A DNA stretch of 64,000 nucleotides from Octopus sinensis (taxonomy: Eukaryota), in contig NC_043008.1 of the NCBI RefSeq assembly GCF_006345805.1, positions 35,216,001 through 35,280,000 on the forward strand. The letters run 5' to 3'. The notes beneath the pieces were generated by a model. It was not told where the DNA came from. It worked only from the letters and a program-made list of their open reading frames with translations, and made no database searches. The position numbers and the translations under genes were made by a program. Below, piece after piece: positions 1 through 13,849 of the stretch. The stretch's first letter is position 1; every line of letters starts with the position of its first letter.

Positions 1-2043
1 TAACCATCTACTTGACAGAGACAGCAAAACTATCTCTTACCCTTTTACAATCCCCCAAGTTGAGGAAGAACCTCAGGAGCAGTCGTTTTGAATACATTGG
101 AGATGAAGGAAGCTGTGAAAAGGTCCAGAACACTTTTATTTTCAAGGACCTCCATGAGGCCTTCACGAAGTGGCTGGAGCACTAAAACAGGTACTTTGAA
201 GTCAGAGGATCCTACATTGAAGGAAATTACCTTTGTGCTTCTTTGAAATAAATAAATGCCTCTCCTGAAAAGAGTTTCAAAACTTCTAGAATACACCTTG
301 TATATTAACAATACCATTTTAGACTCTTTAAGTGATTCTTCTATAAAAACAAACGCATTTAGTCAATTTAATTCTGTAATTCGTTCATTCATAACGGCAT
401 TTTCCCGTTTTGTCTGAACAAGAAGAAAAAAGGGTTACATCTGCCTTATTATTATGTAAAAAGAACCAATTACTTATGAAAGTAGCTAAGGTAAAAATTT
501 ACAATGCCACTTCCTAATGAGTGCACTGTCTATTGTATCTGCATTTAGTAGTTTGGGATAAAAACTGTTGAAATACTAAGTTACTATTCAGTTTCTTATT
601 ATCTTCGTAGACACCGTTTCTATAGTAATTCATATTGTAAAGCCGAAATATAATCTATAAGTTGTAAATGAATCTCTTCAAATAGTCGCTTTCTTCTACG
701 TTTAATTCATAACACAAGGAACTAGAAAAAATTAAACTTTTATGGAATTAAATGATATTTTTTCTTCCTCTATTTTCATATGTAGTGTAAACATACTAAC
801 TTGTATTATATTCAATAGTCGTTAATTTTCTAACTTTGTGCTATGTTTTTTTAAAAATTTTCATATTGTTATTTTATTATTATGATTGTTAACAATCAAA
901 AGATTTATTATTTTCATTTCCGTTTTTAAAGACAGTGTAAATATAAAAACAAGTTATTATCTGATAATTGTACATTTACAAATTGGTTTATTCAACTAGT
1001 TGCTAATTTCCCTTCCTAATCGACGTCAAATCTAGTCTACAAAAAGTTGTTTCCTTTAACTAAACTCTGACTTTCTCATCACGCTTTGATTTATCAAAAA
1101 TATTAGTACTCTATATTCCATCTTCAATGGACTAATTTCCGTTTAAAAATAAATCTATTTGAAGCCCTGCACTTTCCATCTGTCAATCAAATTTGTTACG
1201 TTTTAGTTTCCATATTTGGACCAAATTGCATGTGAATGTAATCTGAAGAATAAATAGATTTCCTGAGATTTTATATCAAAAATGTTATATTTTGAATAAT
1301 AGGTCAGGTGATATATTCTATGTCTGTTAATTACTCTTTATTTTAAATTTCACCTAGGAAACAACGATGTAAATTATGGAGACAGATATATGTGAAACAG
1401 CCCGCATTCTGCAACGCCATATTGCACACACGCACACACACAGGCGCGCGCGTTTGTGTGTGTGGTTAGCCAACTTAGTGGCTTTACTACTGTCCATGTG
1501 CCAGAAAGAAGATAAGTGGTGAGCATGGCATTTTTCTGAGTCACCTTCGCATAACCTGATGTAATTTTTCATTTCGGTTTGGCCATCATGTAGCGCTGCT
1601 GTTACTTCTGCCTCATATACGATGAGGGTTCATCATGCACGTCTGGTCGAGTGGGCAAACTCCAGGGTTTCGACAGTCGAAATCTTCACCATCACCATGT
1701 CGACAACCGCTACCTCACCACCACTAACACTACTTCCACTAGCATCACCACCACCACCACCACCACCACCCCACTACCACCAATCCACTACCACCCCACT
1801 ACCCCACTGCTATACCCCACTACCCCTCACTATCCCCACTGCACTACTACCGCCACCTACACTACCACCACCCATCCTACTACAAACTGGATCTTCAAAT
1901 ATTGCAAGGGCATTATTCTGACAGAATTATTCATCTTGAGCATCATTGTATTAATCTTGAATATTTTATGCATGCTTCCTAAGATGTATCTAATTCTTGT
2001 TTGAAGGAAACTCCTGATATATTTTTCAAACTATGAACAATGA

Positions 2044-2092
<49 letters not shown>

Positions 2093-2539
2093 TATATGAT
2101 AAACATAATAATTTGATTTGATTTGAAGAAAACGTCAAAAGGCAATGTTGAATAATAAAATACTTCGAAGGTATAGAAAGGTGAATTGAAAAATACGTAA
2201 AAAAGGTAAGAAATACGTTGTACGTAAAATCTAAAGGGTTTTCAAAAAAATGCCGTTAAAAACACATCGCCCTAATAAGAAAGATAAAACGATGCCAGCA
2301 GAAAATAGACTTATGCAAACAAAACTGCATCATTCACGGAGATGAAAAAGAAATTCTACAAAGGAATGTTAGGGATTGAATGAAAGGAAGTTTATCTCTA
2401 ATGTCAAAAAAACTGAACACATTACAGAAGATTATAGAAGAAAGCGAGAGTAAGAAATACGGTAAATGGCTGCAGAAACTTCGATAAAGCGTGAGTAGAT
2501 GTATCCAGACCTTGTGATAGTGGAAGACCAATTGGCAGC

Positions 2540-2640
2540 GGCATGGTTGGGTGCGTTAGAAGCTTGGTTCCAAAACATGTTGCCTTGGGTTCAATCCCAC
2601 TGCGCTGCACCTTGGGCAAGTGTTTTCTGTCTTTTACTAT
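2540..2640 (+). mobile_element. tRNA-derived SINE family A (my label), degraded 5' part
   Basis: gggttcaatcccactgcgctgcaccttgggcaagtg matches the head of the better copies at 26453 and 61000 (B-box-like GGTTCAATCC). Confidence 0.7.
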
Positions 2641-2651
2641 GGCGTCGCACA

Positions 2652-2975
2652 TGAGAATAATTACACACATATAAAGGGCATATTGCTATTAGAAGAAAAG
2701 TGATTCTGTAGAAGGAATAAAGGTATTTGAGAATAACTACAAATTCACAAAGGAGTGTGTTGCCTTTAGAACAGAAGTGTAGAAAGAATAAAGGAATTTG
2801 AGAATAAAAATACATAAAGGATGTATTTCCGTCAGAAGAGAAGTGATACTATGGAAGAAATAAAGGAACTTCAGAATAACCAGAAATACATAAAGTACAT
2901 ACTGCCATTAGAATAGAAATATAGAAGTGATGCTGCATAAGGAATAACGGAACTTGAGAATAACTTTAAATGCAT
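2652..2975. repeat. Degenerate minisatellite, about 5 units of 70-85 bp
   Basis: The motif ggaataaagg(a/t)atttgagaataa recurs, with (g/c)agaataa anchors near 2653, 2729, 2800, 2872 and 2956. Confidence 0.7.
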
Positions 2976-3779
2976 ATATTACAATCGCAGGGGTGAATTA
3001 TAATGCAAAACTATCCCCTTGATAATAATCTCATAATTGAATGCTGAATAGTTGAATAAAGAATTGCAGTAACAGAATATATGAGAAAGCTGGAATTAAA
3101 GAGTTTGGAGTCAGAAGAAAAAAAGATTATTTAGAAAGATAATTGGAAGAATTTCCCGAGATGATCGCGTGTCCTCTTGGCCTTTCATGGTATAAATGAT
3201 AACGTTAACACAAGCATCGCGAATACTTAGTTACGTGTATTTCAAGGAAGAGCGGCATAAATATCTGCTGTTCCTTATTTTTAGGTCACGATGTTCTTCA
3301 GGTCTTTGCTCTGTTTTAACCATGAAGGCTAAGAGTATGCTGGAGGGTCGCCTTGAATCTGTTTGCAAAGAACACAATTCTTACGAGCTCTTTATTTCAA
3401 ACAATGCGTTGGTTCAATGGAATGGAAAATAATGGCATACACTTAGCAGATAACGAATTCATAAAACTGCTGCACATAGGGGATTATAAATACGTAGGTT
3501 AGATAAGATAATGGAGACTAGCGTGAAATGCATATTTTGGAATAATGAGAATATCTAAAATAGCGGAATTAATGTTTAAATCGTTTAATGGAGAATGTAA
3601 TATGTAGGTTATAGAAAAAAGCAACAACAAAAAACAAGATAATATCTCTTTTGAAGTTTAATGAAGGATTCGAAAGTGAAATGTGTAGAACCGATTAACT
3701 TTAGAAAGCTCACATGGGACATAACATTTCATCAGTAGTATTAATAAGATTAATAACGCCTTGTTGCAAAGAGTGGTAA

Positions 3780-4500
3780 AAGAGCAAACATGACAATCTG
3801 GGAGTCTATATGTACCAGAAAGAACGACCAAGACTCCCTCAAATCGTATCCTGTTTCTTAAAAAGCTGAAAGGTATCGGATAATGTATCCTAAACAAAAC
3901 TATGTCTAGAAATGAAGATGAGATGATCGTAACTGTAATGCATTTGATCATGTCTATGCGACAGTGCTTAAATTATAGATTATTTGCGAAGGATAGTGTA
4001 GGAAGAAACTGCGAAGGATAGTGCACATAAGAAACCGCGGGCGATCGTTGGTAAAGGAGGTAAACAGCTAACGAGATTATAACAGTTAAAACCGAAAAAT
4101 TCTACGTATCGAAATACAAAATTTATGGAAACATAAGATATGGCTGAAGGTATTAATACTGTTTGCTCGTGAACATGGATGAGAAAGTCAAACCTAAATC
4201 TTGAAATTGAAGAATTGTCTTTATAATATAGTAACAGGCTCTGGGCACGATATAGATCCAATTCCACAGTGTATTGATTCATCATTTCATAGATTCTATG
4301 ACAAGAGGAATGGAAGCGTAACAACATCTTTGATTTGTGAATGTAGTAAATTAGCTTATTAGGAATATTGGCGATGACGTAATGAAGATGCACAGAAATG
4401 AAGTAATCAAAACTTAAATAGAGCAGAGAATTAATATACGCAAGGATTCCCTTTACAGAATTGAGTCCGAAGATGGCTGATGGCTGATACCGCATGGGAA
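3780..4500 (+). mobile_element. Old, heavily degraded R4/Dong-like LINE remnant
   Basis: Broken peptides SLYVP.., WMRKSNL.. and ECSKLAY*EYWR parallel the RLYVPR, WL.K..L and C..LA..EY..RH motifs of the younger copy at 6.3-6.9 kb. Confidence 0.4.
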
Positions 4501-4586
4501 TTCAGATATTGCTTTAACTGTTATGGTGGAAAATTTTATGCAAATATCATTTAAAAATTGTTATGGCTGTCATCCTTCTACAACAT

Positions 4587-4657
<71 letters not shown>

Positions 4658-4764
4658 TTACTATTACTACTACTATTACTACTACGTATGCAAGTCTCCA
4701 GGAGTTCCAACAAAACATGTGTGATAAAAAATAACAACAACAACAACAATAATAATAACAATAA

Positions 4765-7152
4765 TGGTGGGAAAAAGGAATACAGGCGGGTTAGATATGC
4801 TCTCGAAGAACATTTCTGTGTTAGACTGGGAAGAGAAGGGGTAGCTTAAAAGCGAACAAAAATACACGGCACTGAACAGGAAGTATGATATTGAAAGAAA
4901 GGGCCTGAAAGTGGTAATGAAGGAACTAAAACAGCGCCTCGTTGCAAAGAAATCAAAGGTGGTAAGATACGACCAAAGGTTGAACGGACACCAGCAAAAT
5001 AGGTTTTTCAGAGTAGATCAGAAGTGATTCTATAAAGAAATAAATGGAGAGTGTACAGATGAAATGTTGATACCAGATAACATAGAAAATCAAAGGTTTT
5101 CGAGTAATTTCTGGAGCAAAGACAAGGAGCACAAGAAGGATGCTGAATGGCTGCAAGAACTGAAACGAACAATAGTCTGTTCAAAACAGGCAGAACTAGT
5201 CATTTCAGTTAGGGAAGTGAAAGAAATCAGCAAAAAATGGGCTAATGGAAAACCCAGGGACCAGATGGAGTTCAAGGCTACTGTATCAAAAGATTTGGTG
5301 AATGTCATGCACAACTCAACACCTTGCTAAATGCCGACCAAGTAACATCAGAGTGGCTGGCAATGGGTAGGACAGTGCTAAGCTTGAAAAACATCGAAAA
5401 AGACAATACAAGCCGATACCCTGCCTGCCACTTATGTGGAAATTATTGACTGGAATAGTCGCAGAGTCAATGTACGAACATCTGGAAAAAAATGGTGTCC
5501 TACCACATGAGTGTATGTGCAGAGGTATCAAGGATCAACTTCTGGTAGACAAAACTGTTAAAGACTGCAAGATGAAGAAAACTAACTTAGCAGTGTCATG
5601 GATCGATTATCGTAAGACATATTATATGATCCCACATTCTTGGATTATGGAATATATTAACCTATTTGGTATTACATCGAATGTTGAGCGATTGCTTGGA
5701 AAAAGTATGGCGAAGTGGAGGACGGAACTGATAGCGTAGGGAAGAAGTTTAGGGACAAGAGAAATCAGGAGAGGCATCTTCCAAGAGGACTGACTGTCCC
5801 CACTGATCTTTGTACTGTGCATGAGGCCACTTACACTGATTCTGAGGAAAGTAAAGGCTAGGTATGTATTCAAGAGCCGCCAACAAAAACTCAACCACTT
5901 GTTATTCATGGATAACCTCAAACGTATGGTAAATATGAATCCCAAGTCATTTCCCTCGTTAATACGGTGTATACTTTCAGTGCTGATATCAGAATCGAGT
6001 TCAGACTGAGAAAGTGTGGTGTGTTTGTTTTGAAGAGAGGCAAAATTAAATGATTGAAAGGGTTAGCGATACCGTCGGGGGAGGTTATGAAGCAAATAGA
6101 AAAGACGGGCTGTTAGTACTTGGGGATACTGGAAATGGATAAACAGAAAAAATTAAGGTGGAGTACTTGCGCAGACTGAGACTGATCCTTAAGTCGAAAT
6201 TCAACGGACAGAATAAGATTGAAGCTATCAACTCATGGGCGGTTTGAGTCCTTAGATATGAAGCAGGACATTAGAGGAACTAAACAGCTTAGACAGAAAG
6301 ACGAGGAAGTTGCTAACTAGATATAGTATACTCCACCCAAAAAGTGATACGGGCAGACTGAATGTACCAAGAAAAAGAGGGGGAAGAGGAATGATTGGAT
6401 GCGAACACAACATCAGCGCAGAAGAAAACAGCATAGCATAGTATGTTAAAAATTCCACAGAACCGCTATTATTGGAGGTAAAAAGACCAGGCTTGTGTAG
6501 GATGGGAGATTGCAAAGATAAAGCACTGTATAAGGATTTGAGAATGAATGAAATTGAAAATAGGTGGATAACGAAAAGAATGCATGGAAAATTTCATTGG
6601 GATGTTGAAGATAAGACAGGCAAAGAAAAAGGATAGCTATGAATGACTAAAACTGATTTAAAACTGGTAACGGAGGCTCTAATCTGTGCTGTCCAAGAGC
6701 AAGCATTAAGAACGAATTACATCAAATACAGAATAGACAACATATCAGAAAGTGATAAGTGCAGAATTTTTGGATAAAATGGTGAAACCGTATGGCATAT
6801 TACCAGTCTATGTACGCCACTAGCCCAGCGAGAGTATAAGAGAAGTCATGACAACATAGCAAGGACTGTCCATTGGACACTTTGCAACAAGCATTTGTGA
6901 TCGCTTAAAAAGGTGGTAGTAGTACCAATAATCGTCGAAGCCATGGGAACAGTCAATAAAAATCTCGAGAAGTACATGGAACAAATAGGGGCTACAATAA
7001 GGGTTGATCACTTGCTGAAAACAGCACTGGTTAAAACCGCTCGCATACTCCGGATGGTACTCGAAAAATAAGGAGCGTTACCTTAGTTCACTGGTAATGA
7101 ATAGCTAAGACCGTAGTACATTACCAGCGTTAGAAGCTGTGCAAACACGATA
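4765..7152 (+). mobile_element. R4/Dong-clade non-LTR retrotransposon, 5'-truncated pseudogene (RT, CCHC, C-terminus; endonuclease deleted)
   Basis: Frameshifted peptides: [72 protein letters not shown] (about 5900), LHPKSDTGRLNVPRKRGGRG, CRIFG*NGETVWHITSLC..REYKRSHD, LKTALVKTARILRMVLE. Ends in an (AAC/AAT)n tail. Confidence 0.9.
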
Positions 7153-7200
7153 AAATAACAACAAACAACAACAACAACAACAACAATAATGATAATAATT

Positions 7201-7812
7201 ATAGGGTAGAACAGTATTTATATTGGAAAATATGTAAACACTACAAAATCAACACTCCTGCTTACTGGTAGGAACATCATCCTCAGCCAGTCGTTGAATG
7301 TAAAGATATCACCATCCTCCGGGATTTTCCAGTCAACACCGATAAAATGATCGAGGCTAATCGACCAGACATAGTCATTAAAGACATGGAAGAAAAGAAT
7401 TGAAAACTAATAGATTTAAGTGTTCCCCCTGATAAAAGGAATTTGACAAATTAAGTAGATATAAGGTCCTGGGAATTGAAGCGCAAAAGATGTGGCATCT
7501 TAAAGCGGGAACCGGTCCTGTTATTGCGGGTGCCTTTGGCATGATAAAAAAGGGATGTCAAAAACATCTAGATAAGATCCCAGGAGAACCATGTCTCAGA
7601 GAAATCCATAAGATTGCTTGCAAGTATTGCCCACATTTTTAGAAAAACCCTATCAATTTAAATGTCTGTGTTTTATTATATGATGATATTTCGCTACTGC
7701 CCCTGACACCGCCCCAAGCTTTCAGTTATACTATAATATCTCTTATCCTTCACTCGCCCAAGAACGCTCGGTGTGTCTTGGCAAGTGATTGTTACAAACA
7801 TGCAGATTTAAA
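7201..7812 (+). mobile_element. R4/Dong-clade 3' fragment (second subfamily): restriction-like endonuclease and 3' UTR
   Basis: YWKICKHYK..ANRPDIVIKD..LIDLSVP..DKLSRYK..KMWHLK (PD-(D/E)xK type). Its 3' UTR matches the minus-strand copy at 30090-30255. (AAT)n tail. Confidence 0.85.
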
Positions 7813-7827
7813 GTAAATAATAATAAT

Positions 7828-7858
<31 letters not shown>

Positions 7859-7865
7859 TAATAAT

Positions 7866-8022
7866 AAACAGAAAATTGCACTACTAGGCACTGCACACAT
7901 CCTACGCAAAGCACTTTCAATAGAGTAACCATAAGTGCATCACAGCAAACCACAGCACATACCCAAGGCACATAGAGCTGCGCTCGGTAGTGAAGTGAAA
8001 GTACGTTATAAAAATCAAACTG

Positions 8023-8083
<61 letters not shown>

Positions 8084-8247
8084 TAATAATAAACAGAAAA
8101 TTGCACTACTAGGCACTGCACACATCCTACGCAAAGCACTTTCAATAGAGTAACCATAAGTGCATCACAGCAAACCACAGCACATACCCAAGGCACATAG
8201 AGCTGCGCTCGGTAGTGAAGTGAAAGTACGTTATAAAAATCAAACTG

Positions 8248-8250
<3 letters not shown>
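7866..8250 (+). mobile_element. Two identical 160-bp 3' ends of an R4/Dong-clade LINE (third subfamily), tandem with a 225-bp period
   Basis: 7866-8025 equals 8091-8250. Encodes QKIALLGTAHILRKALSIE* plus a 3' UTR (gagctgcgctcggtagtg) shared with 30620-30770. Confidence 0.9.
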
Positions 8251-8315
<65 letters not shown>

Positions 8316-8334
8316 TAATAATAATAATAATGAT

Positions 8335-8376
<42 letters not shown>

Positions 8377-8388
8377 TCTTTCTACTAT

Positions 8389-8780
8389 AACCACAAGGGC
8401 TGAAATATTGGGGAAGGAGCTAATCGATGACATTGACCATTGTACTTATTTCATAGACCCCGAAAGGATGAAAGGTAAAATAGGGCTCGACAAGATTTTA
8501 ACTCAAAACATAGAGTCGGAACAAATATCGCTAATAATTTTGTCCGACGCGTTTAACATCTCTGTCGGTTCGCCGCTTCTACTCTTCTCAAACTTTAGTA
8601 GTAAGGCCAGCAATTTTAGAACATCGACACCTGATACTTAACTGGTACTTATTTTATAGACCTCCAAATGATAAAAGTAAAAGTTGACGTCGGCGGGATT
8701 TAAACTAAAAACGAGAAGAGCCGGAACAAAAGACGCTTTGCTATTTGTCCGAAGCAATTTCATTCCTGCTAGATCGCTGC
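8389..8780 (-). mobile_element. Two degraded SINE family B copies (my label)
   Basis: gaccccgaaaggatgaaagg, ggtacttattt and cggcgggattt cores match the family B copies at 45647-46248. Confidence 0.7.
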
Positions 8781-8947
8781 ACTGATGATGATGAACCTCA
8801 TCATCGTCGTCGTCGTCACCATCATCATCATCATCATACTACTACTACTACTACTCACTACTACTACTACTACTATTGCTGCTGCTGCTACTACTGCTAC
8901 TACTTCTGATGATGATGATCCTCACCATCATGATCATGATGATGAGG

Positions 8948-8980
<33 letters not shown>

Positions 8981-9024
8981 TAATAATAATAATGATAATA
9001 ATAATAATAATTCTCCTCCTCCTC

Positions 9025-9055
<31 letters not shown>

Positions 9056-9200
9056 CACTTCTACTGATGATGATGATAATGATGATGATGATGATGATAA
9101 TAATGATGATGATGATGATGATAATAATAATAATAATGATGATGATGATGATGATGATGATAATGATGATGATGATGATGATGATAATAACAACAACAAC

Positions 9201-9259
<59 letters not shown>

Positions 9260-9406
9260 TAAAAATAATAATAATAATAATAATAAATAATGTGGTAATA
9301 ATTAATGCTTTACATTATTTCCTTTAGGAATTACAACAGAAATTACCCCAATATTTGACGCTGTATTTACCACATTGTTTCACTACACTTTATAACTATA
9401 TTACCA

Positions 9407-9459
<53 letters not shown>

Positions 9460-10400
9460 TAATAATAATAATAATGATAATAATAGTAATAAGCATTTTT
9501 ACAACAAATGCAGCAATATTGATCTCATTAGTCTCGGAGGGCCTTCGTAGGTCACGGGTATTGCATTCCCGGTACCCCGATTAAGTCATGAAAAGAGGGA
9601 TACAAGAAAAAAAACAATGACAGCAGCAGAAGTAAGTACCATAACAACAACAGCAACAAGAACAATTCCATCAGCGTTGAATTGAAGATCATCAACCGTG
9701 TTACATTTATTACCGCTTGACTTCAGGTCTTGATCTAATTGTTAGAGAGAAGGAAGTCATGATGGTGATGGTGGTGGTGGTGGTGTGGTGGTGGTGGTAG
9801 TAGTGGTGGTGGTAGTGATGGTGGTGGTGTTGTAGTTGGTAGTAGTAGTAGTCTTGGTAGTCGTGACGGTTTTGCTGGTGGTTCTGGTGATGGTTATGAT
9901 GGTAGATGCGGTGGTGGTGGTGGTGGTGGCGGTGGTATGGTGGTGGTAATGGTGATGATGGGGGTATTGGCGTTGATCGTGAAGGTGGTGATAGTGTTGA
10001 TAGTGGTGGTGATAATATAGTGGTAGTCGTGACGGTTTTGGTGGTGGTTGTGGCGATGGTTATGCTGGCAGATGTGGTGGTGGTGGTAGTGCTGATGATG
10101 AGGGTGTTGGTGTTGGTGGTGAAGGTGGTGATGGTGCTGATAGTGGTGGTTTTTATAGTGGTGATGATGTTATAGTGATAGTGGTAATGGTTATGATGGT
10201 AGATGTGGTGGTGGTAGTGGTAATGGTTATACTACTAGTGGTGATAGTATTATTGTTTGTGTTGTTATTATTGGTGGTGTTAATTGTGTTAACGATGGCG
10301 ATGGTTGTGGTGGTGGTGGTGGTGGACGCCATCGTATTCGTCTGGTTGTTGGTGGTGCTGGTGGTTGTAGAAACATTTATATTTACACTGTCATTGTTCA
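8780..10400. repeat. Compound trinucleotide microsatellite and low-complexity field (CAT, CTA, AAT, GAT, GGT)
   Basis: Seen directly. It explains the homopolymeric ORFs in this interval. Confidence 0.95.
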
Positions 10401-11147
10401 TGATGCTGTATGATATATGTGTGCGTGTGAGAGAGAGAGAGAGAGGGAGATTGAGAAAGTCTGAAGTATTTCCTGTTATTGATAAACGATCACTTTGTTA
10501 GAATTATTGTTTCCAATCGAATGGTGGCCGAAATAGATGAGGGGAAAGTGGTTGGGGAAAGGAGCGAGAGGGGAGCGGGAAAGAAAAGGCGAGTGGGACT
10601 GTAACGAGAAAAATATAAGAAACGAAACAAGGAAGTGAGAAGATACAAGGAGAGCGTGAAGAGAGGAGAGAGAGTAAGACATATTAGAGAGAAATAAAAC
10701 GAGAGAGCCTTGGAGACTGAGTGAGCAATGCTAGGAAGGAACTGAGAAGGATAGACAAAAGAGATAGAAGAAGGAGAAAAAGTGAAAGACGAAAGCTCTG
10801 AAATGATGCAATTATAAGCTATGACTGTTGTTGCCAATTGTTTTATGGTAAAAAAATTTTGTTCCGTTTCTCATGTTTTCCACGTAATTTATCATTATTG
10901 GTCTCAGTATTATTTATTGTGATCTCATTTTCTTCAAATCTTTTATTTTTCCTTACTTTTCTCCTGTCAGTTATTTATATTTATTTACTTATTTTCTTGG
11001 TGGAAATGAAGTTGAGGATATCAACCTTTGGAAATATTTATAATTGAACTGAAATGAGCGCACGGGAAATGGCTGTACGGTTAAAATATTCACGTTGTAA
11101 TATGGTGGTGAGCTGCCAGAACAGTTACCAGGACGGACAAAGGCCTT

Positions 11148-11290
11148 ATATTCTGATATCAAATTCCGCCGACGTCGACTTTACCTTCCTTCTTTTCAGG
11201 GTTGATATAATAAGCACCGGGGTTGGTGTACACGACCAGTCCCTTCCTATAAAATTTCAGGTCTTGTACCAAGAGAGAAATGAAGGTATT
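11148..11290 (+). mobile_element. SINE family B fragment
   Basis: caaattccgccgacgtcgacttt..gataataagcacc core. Confidence 0.65.
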
Positions 11291-11884
11291 TGAGTTGGAC
11301 TAGTAAGTTTCCTTGGGTCTGTGTCTTCCAGCGTTTCTTTAATTCGATGAAAGACTTTTGAACAAGATTTGGCTTCTTTATGATTACTTTTTGTTTGTTT
11401 TTGCTGTTTAATCAGGAAGAGAAGAGCAGTACCCACGAGCCTTTGTTTTTCAAGGCCTGCGAGACCAAGAATGATGCGACAAACTCATTCTCAAAGCAGA
11501 GCACTGACCAGAATCCTCGCAACAATATGTATTCTTCTAAAGACATCAAAGGACAAGGTAGGGGTATTAACTGAACAATGGATTGAGTTTTCCACCCAAT
11601 AACTCCGAGTACAAACAATTGAAACGGATATCACAAGACATCCTTGTCTAATAGTCTGACAGTTGCGTCCGTCAGTATCCTTGACAAATACTGTTTTAAG
11701 GGCTCCGAAAGGACGAAAGGCGAAGTTGACCTTGAAAGGATTTGAAGTCAAGGCGTAGAGAGCTGGAACAAATGGTTCAAGACACATCGTATTTCAACTT
11801 GAATCAACACTCCAGTGCTCCACTCCAGTTTCCACAACGTTAACGGAATTAGAGTTAAACCTTTCTCTAGCAAGTGATTAAGTG

Positions 11885-12130
11885 TGGAGGCGCATGACTT
11901 AGTGGTTAGGGTGTTGAACTCATGATCGTAAGGTTGTGGTTTCGATTCCTGGACTGGGTGATGCGCTGTGTTCTTGAGTAAAACACTTCATTTCACGTTT
12001 CTCCAGTCCACTCAGCTGGCAAAAATGAGTAATCCTGTGACGGACTGGTGTCCCGTCCAGGTGAGGAATTTCTACGCCACTGAAACCGGGAAACCAGCCT
12101 TTATAAGCCTGGCATGGCTCGAGAAGGAGA
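11885..12130 (+). mobile_element. tRNA-derived SINE family C (my label), near full length
   Basis: tggaggcgcatgacttagtggttagggtg (A-box-like) and ggtttcgattcc (B-box-like), then cttgagtaaaacacttcatttcacg..ccagtccactcagctg. Relatives at 13850-13985 (-) and 22080-22230 (+). Confidence 0.85.
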
Positions 12131-12608
12131 AGGAATTAGCAAGTGATTTAGGTCAAGCAAAGATCTTTACTTGGCCCAAAGTCTTTAAAGATCTGCGAGT
12201 GAAATTTGGTGTCTTTTATCATAGCATTTGTTGACCAGGGTATCGAAAGATTTAAGTAGACAGAAATTGTACGAGAGACCGTCGGATACATGTCTATTCA
12301 GGTATATCAGCTAATATCCAACAGAATTAATGGAGCGTTGGATAACTCCAATCATGAACATCACAACTTCCTGTTTCATTCTTTTTTAAAAATCATTGCT
12401 GCAGTCGTTTTTACTGAAGTTGATTTTCTTATTCCTGTCGCTTTAATTGCTTTTCTTGTAGTTCTTTGACTGTGGTTGGTGGATATAATTTGTTGTTTAA
12501 AACAAAATAATAATAATAATATGTTAGATTTCGTTTGAAATTCTGATATTAATTCAGAAAATATTGTTACATTGATTTGTACTCTTAATAATCTTTCTTG
12601 TTTTGGAT

Positions 12609-13045
12609 GAAAGCCAGCAATTTTGAGGGAAGGGGAAAGTCGATCTCATCCACCCCAGCACTTACCTGGTACTTATTTTATCAATCCAGAAAGGATGAAA
12701 GGCAAAGTCAACCTTAGTGACATTTGAACTCCGACCGTAAAGCCAGAATAAATGCCGCTGAGCATTTTGTCCGGCATGCTAACGATTCTGCCTGGCCACT
12801 GCATTTCCGTTATTGTTAATATCATCAAGGCGGCGTGAAGGCAAAATCGTTAACACGTGAGACAAATGATTAACGGCATTTCTTCTGACACAATGCGTTC
12901 TGAGTTCAAATTCCGCCGAGGTCGACTTTGTCATTCGTCCTTTCTGAATCGATAAAATAAGTACCAGATACATACAAGGGTTGATGTAATCAACCAACCG
13001 TTCTCCCTAAAATTGTTGGCTTTGTGCCAAAACTAAGAATTATTA
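12609..13045. mobile_element. Head-to-head pair of SINE family B copies (minus 12609-12803, plus 12828-13045)
   Basis: Both carry the gttag/aacacg head, gagttcaaat(t/g) B-box-like motif, cctttcatcc(t)ttc core and gctgg..ttgtgccaaaa tail, in opposite orientations. Confidence 0.85.
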
Positions 13046-13849
13046 AAAGCAATGAAGTGTCAGCCAATTTATTGCTATATATGTTAAATACACCTCTTTG
13101 CATTAATTGTGCCAAGCCAAATATTCCCAGGGTTGTAAGTGCTGGTGTTCAACTCCAATGTAATTATGTTTCATAGTTAAAAGATAAACTGTTCCAACAT
13201 AGGACACATAGATGATGCGGTACATTTTGCTACACCTAGGTGAACTTAAACATGTAGACTGTAGTGTTTTACCGAAATTAACAACAACACGTCTGCTATA
13301 CAATATTACTGAGTATCTATGAGTTGGTAGTCCAACACGAATATATCGCGTCTTCACTAATCAAAAGAGAGATAAAAATAAATATTTTATTAATTAATTA
13401 ATCAAATGTCTGTATTTTCTAATTAACTATTCGTAATCAGTAGAATCCATCAATAAATAAACAAATGGTTCTAACAGAGTAATGTGGAAATGTTGCTGGT
13501 GAAAATATTAACAATTAAAGTAAATTAGAATGAAATAATTAAAACTGACATTGAGTTTGAATCAGTCCTTATGCACATGTCATTAGGAATAAATACTGGG
13601 GGAGGGGTATTTGACCGCTTGTCATTAGGAATAAATAATGGGGGTTAGTTGTCCATTAAGAACAAGGGTTATATATATATTACATGAAAATATCACTTGA
13701 TCATGTGATCGCCTAAACTAACGGATGTTGCTATACATCGCTGATCACAGTGCGTTTTGCATCGTTTTAGCTTCCGAGTGATGTCACCCTGGTGGCTTAG
13801 CGAGCAGGTCAACATACGCCTGATCAGAAGGCTATTCCGTCGCAGGGTG

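Noticed and set aside
45-317. 90-aa minus-strand ORF and a plus-strand exon-like segment (60-190)
   Set aside because: No recognisable family. The plus frame FEYIG..DEGSCEK..EAFTK looks more like a decayed RTE RT thumb and ends in a stop.
1622-2004. Pro/Thr/His-rich ORFs
   Set aside because: They derive from (CCA)n/(CTA)n low-complexity sequence; the same applies to the poly-I, -L, -S, -N and -V ORFs elsewhere.
11885-11955. tRNA gene
   Set aside because: A-box and B-box-like motifs run into a SINE body found elsewhere in the window; no complete cloverleaf.
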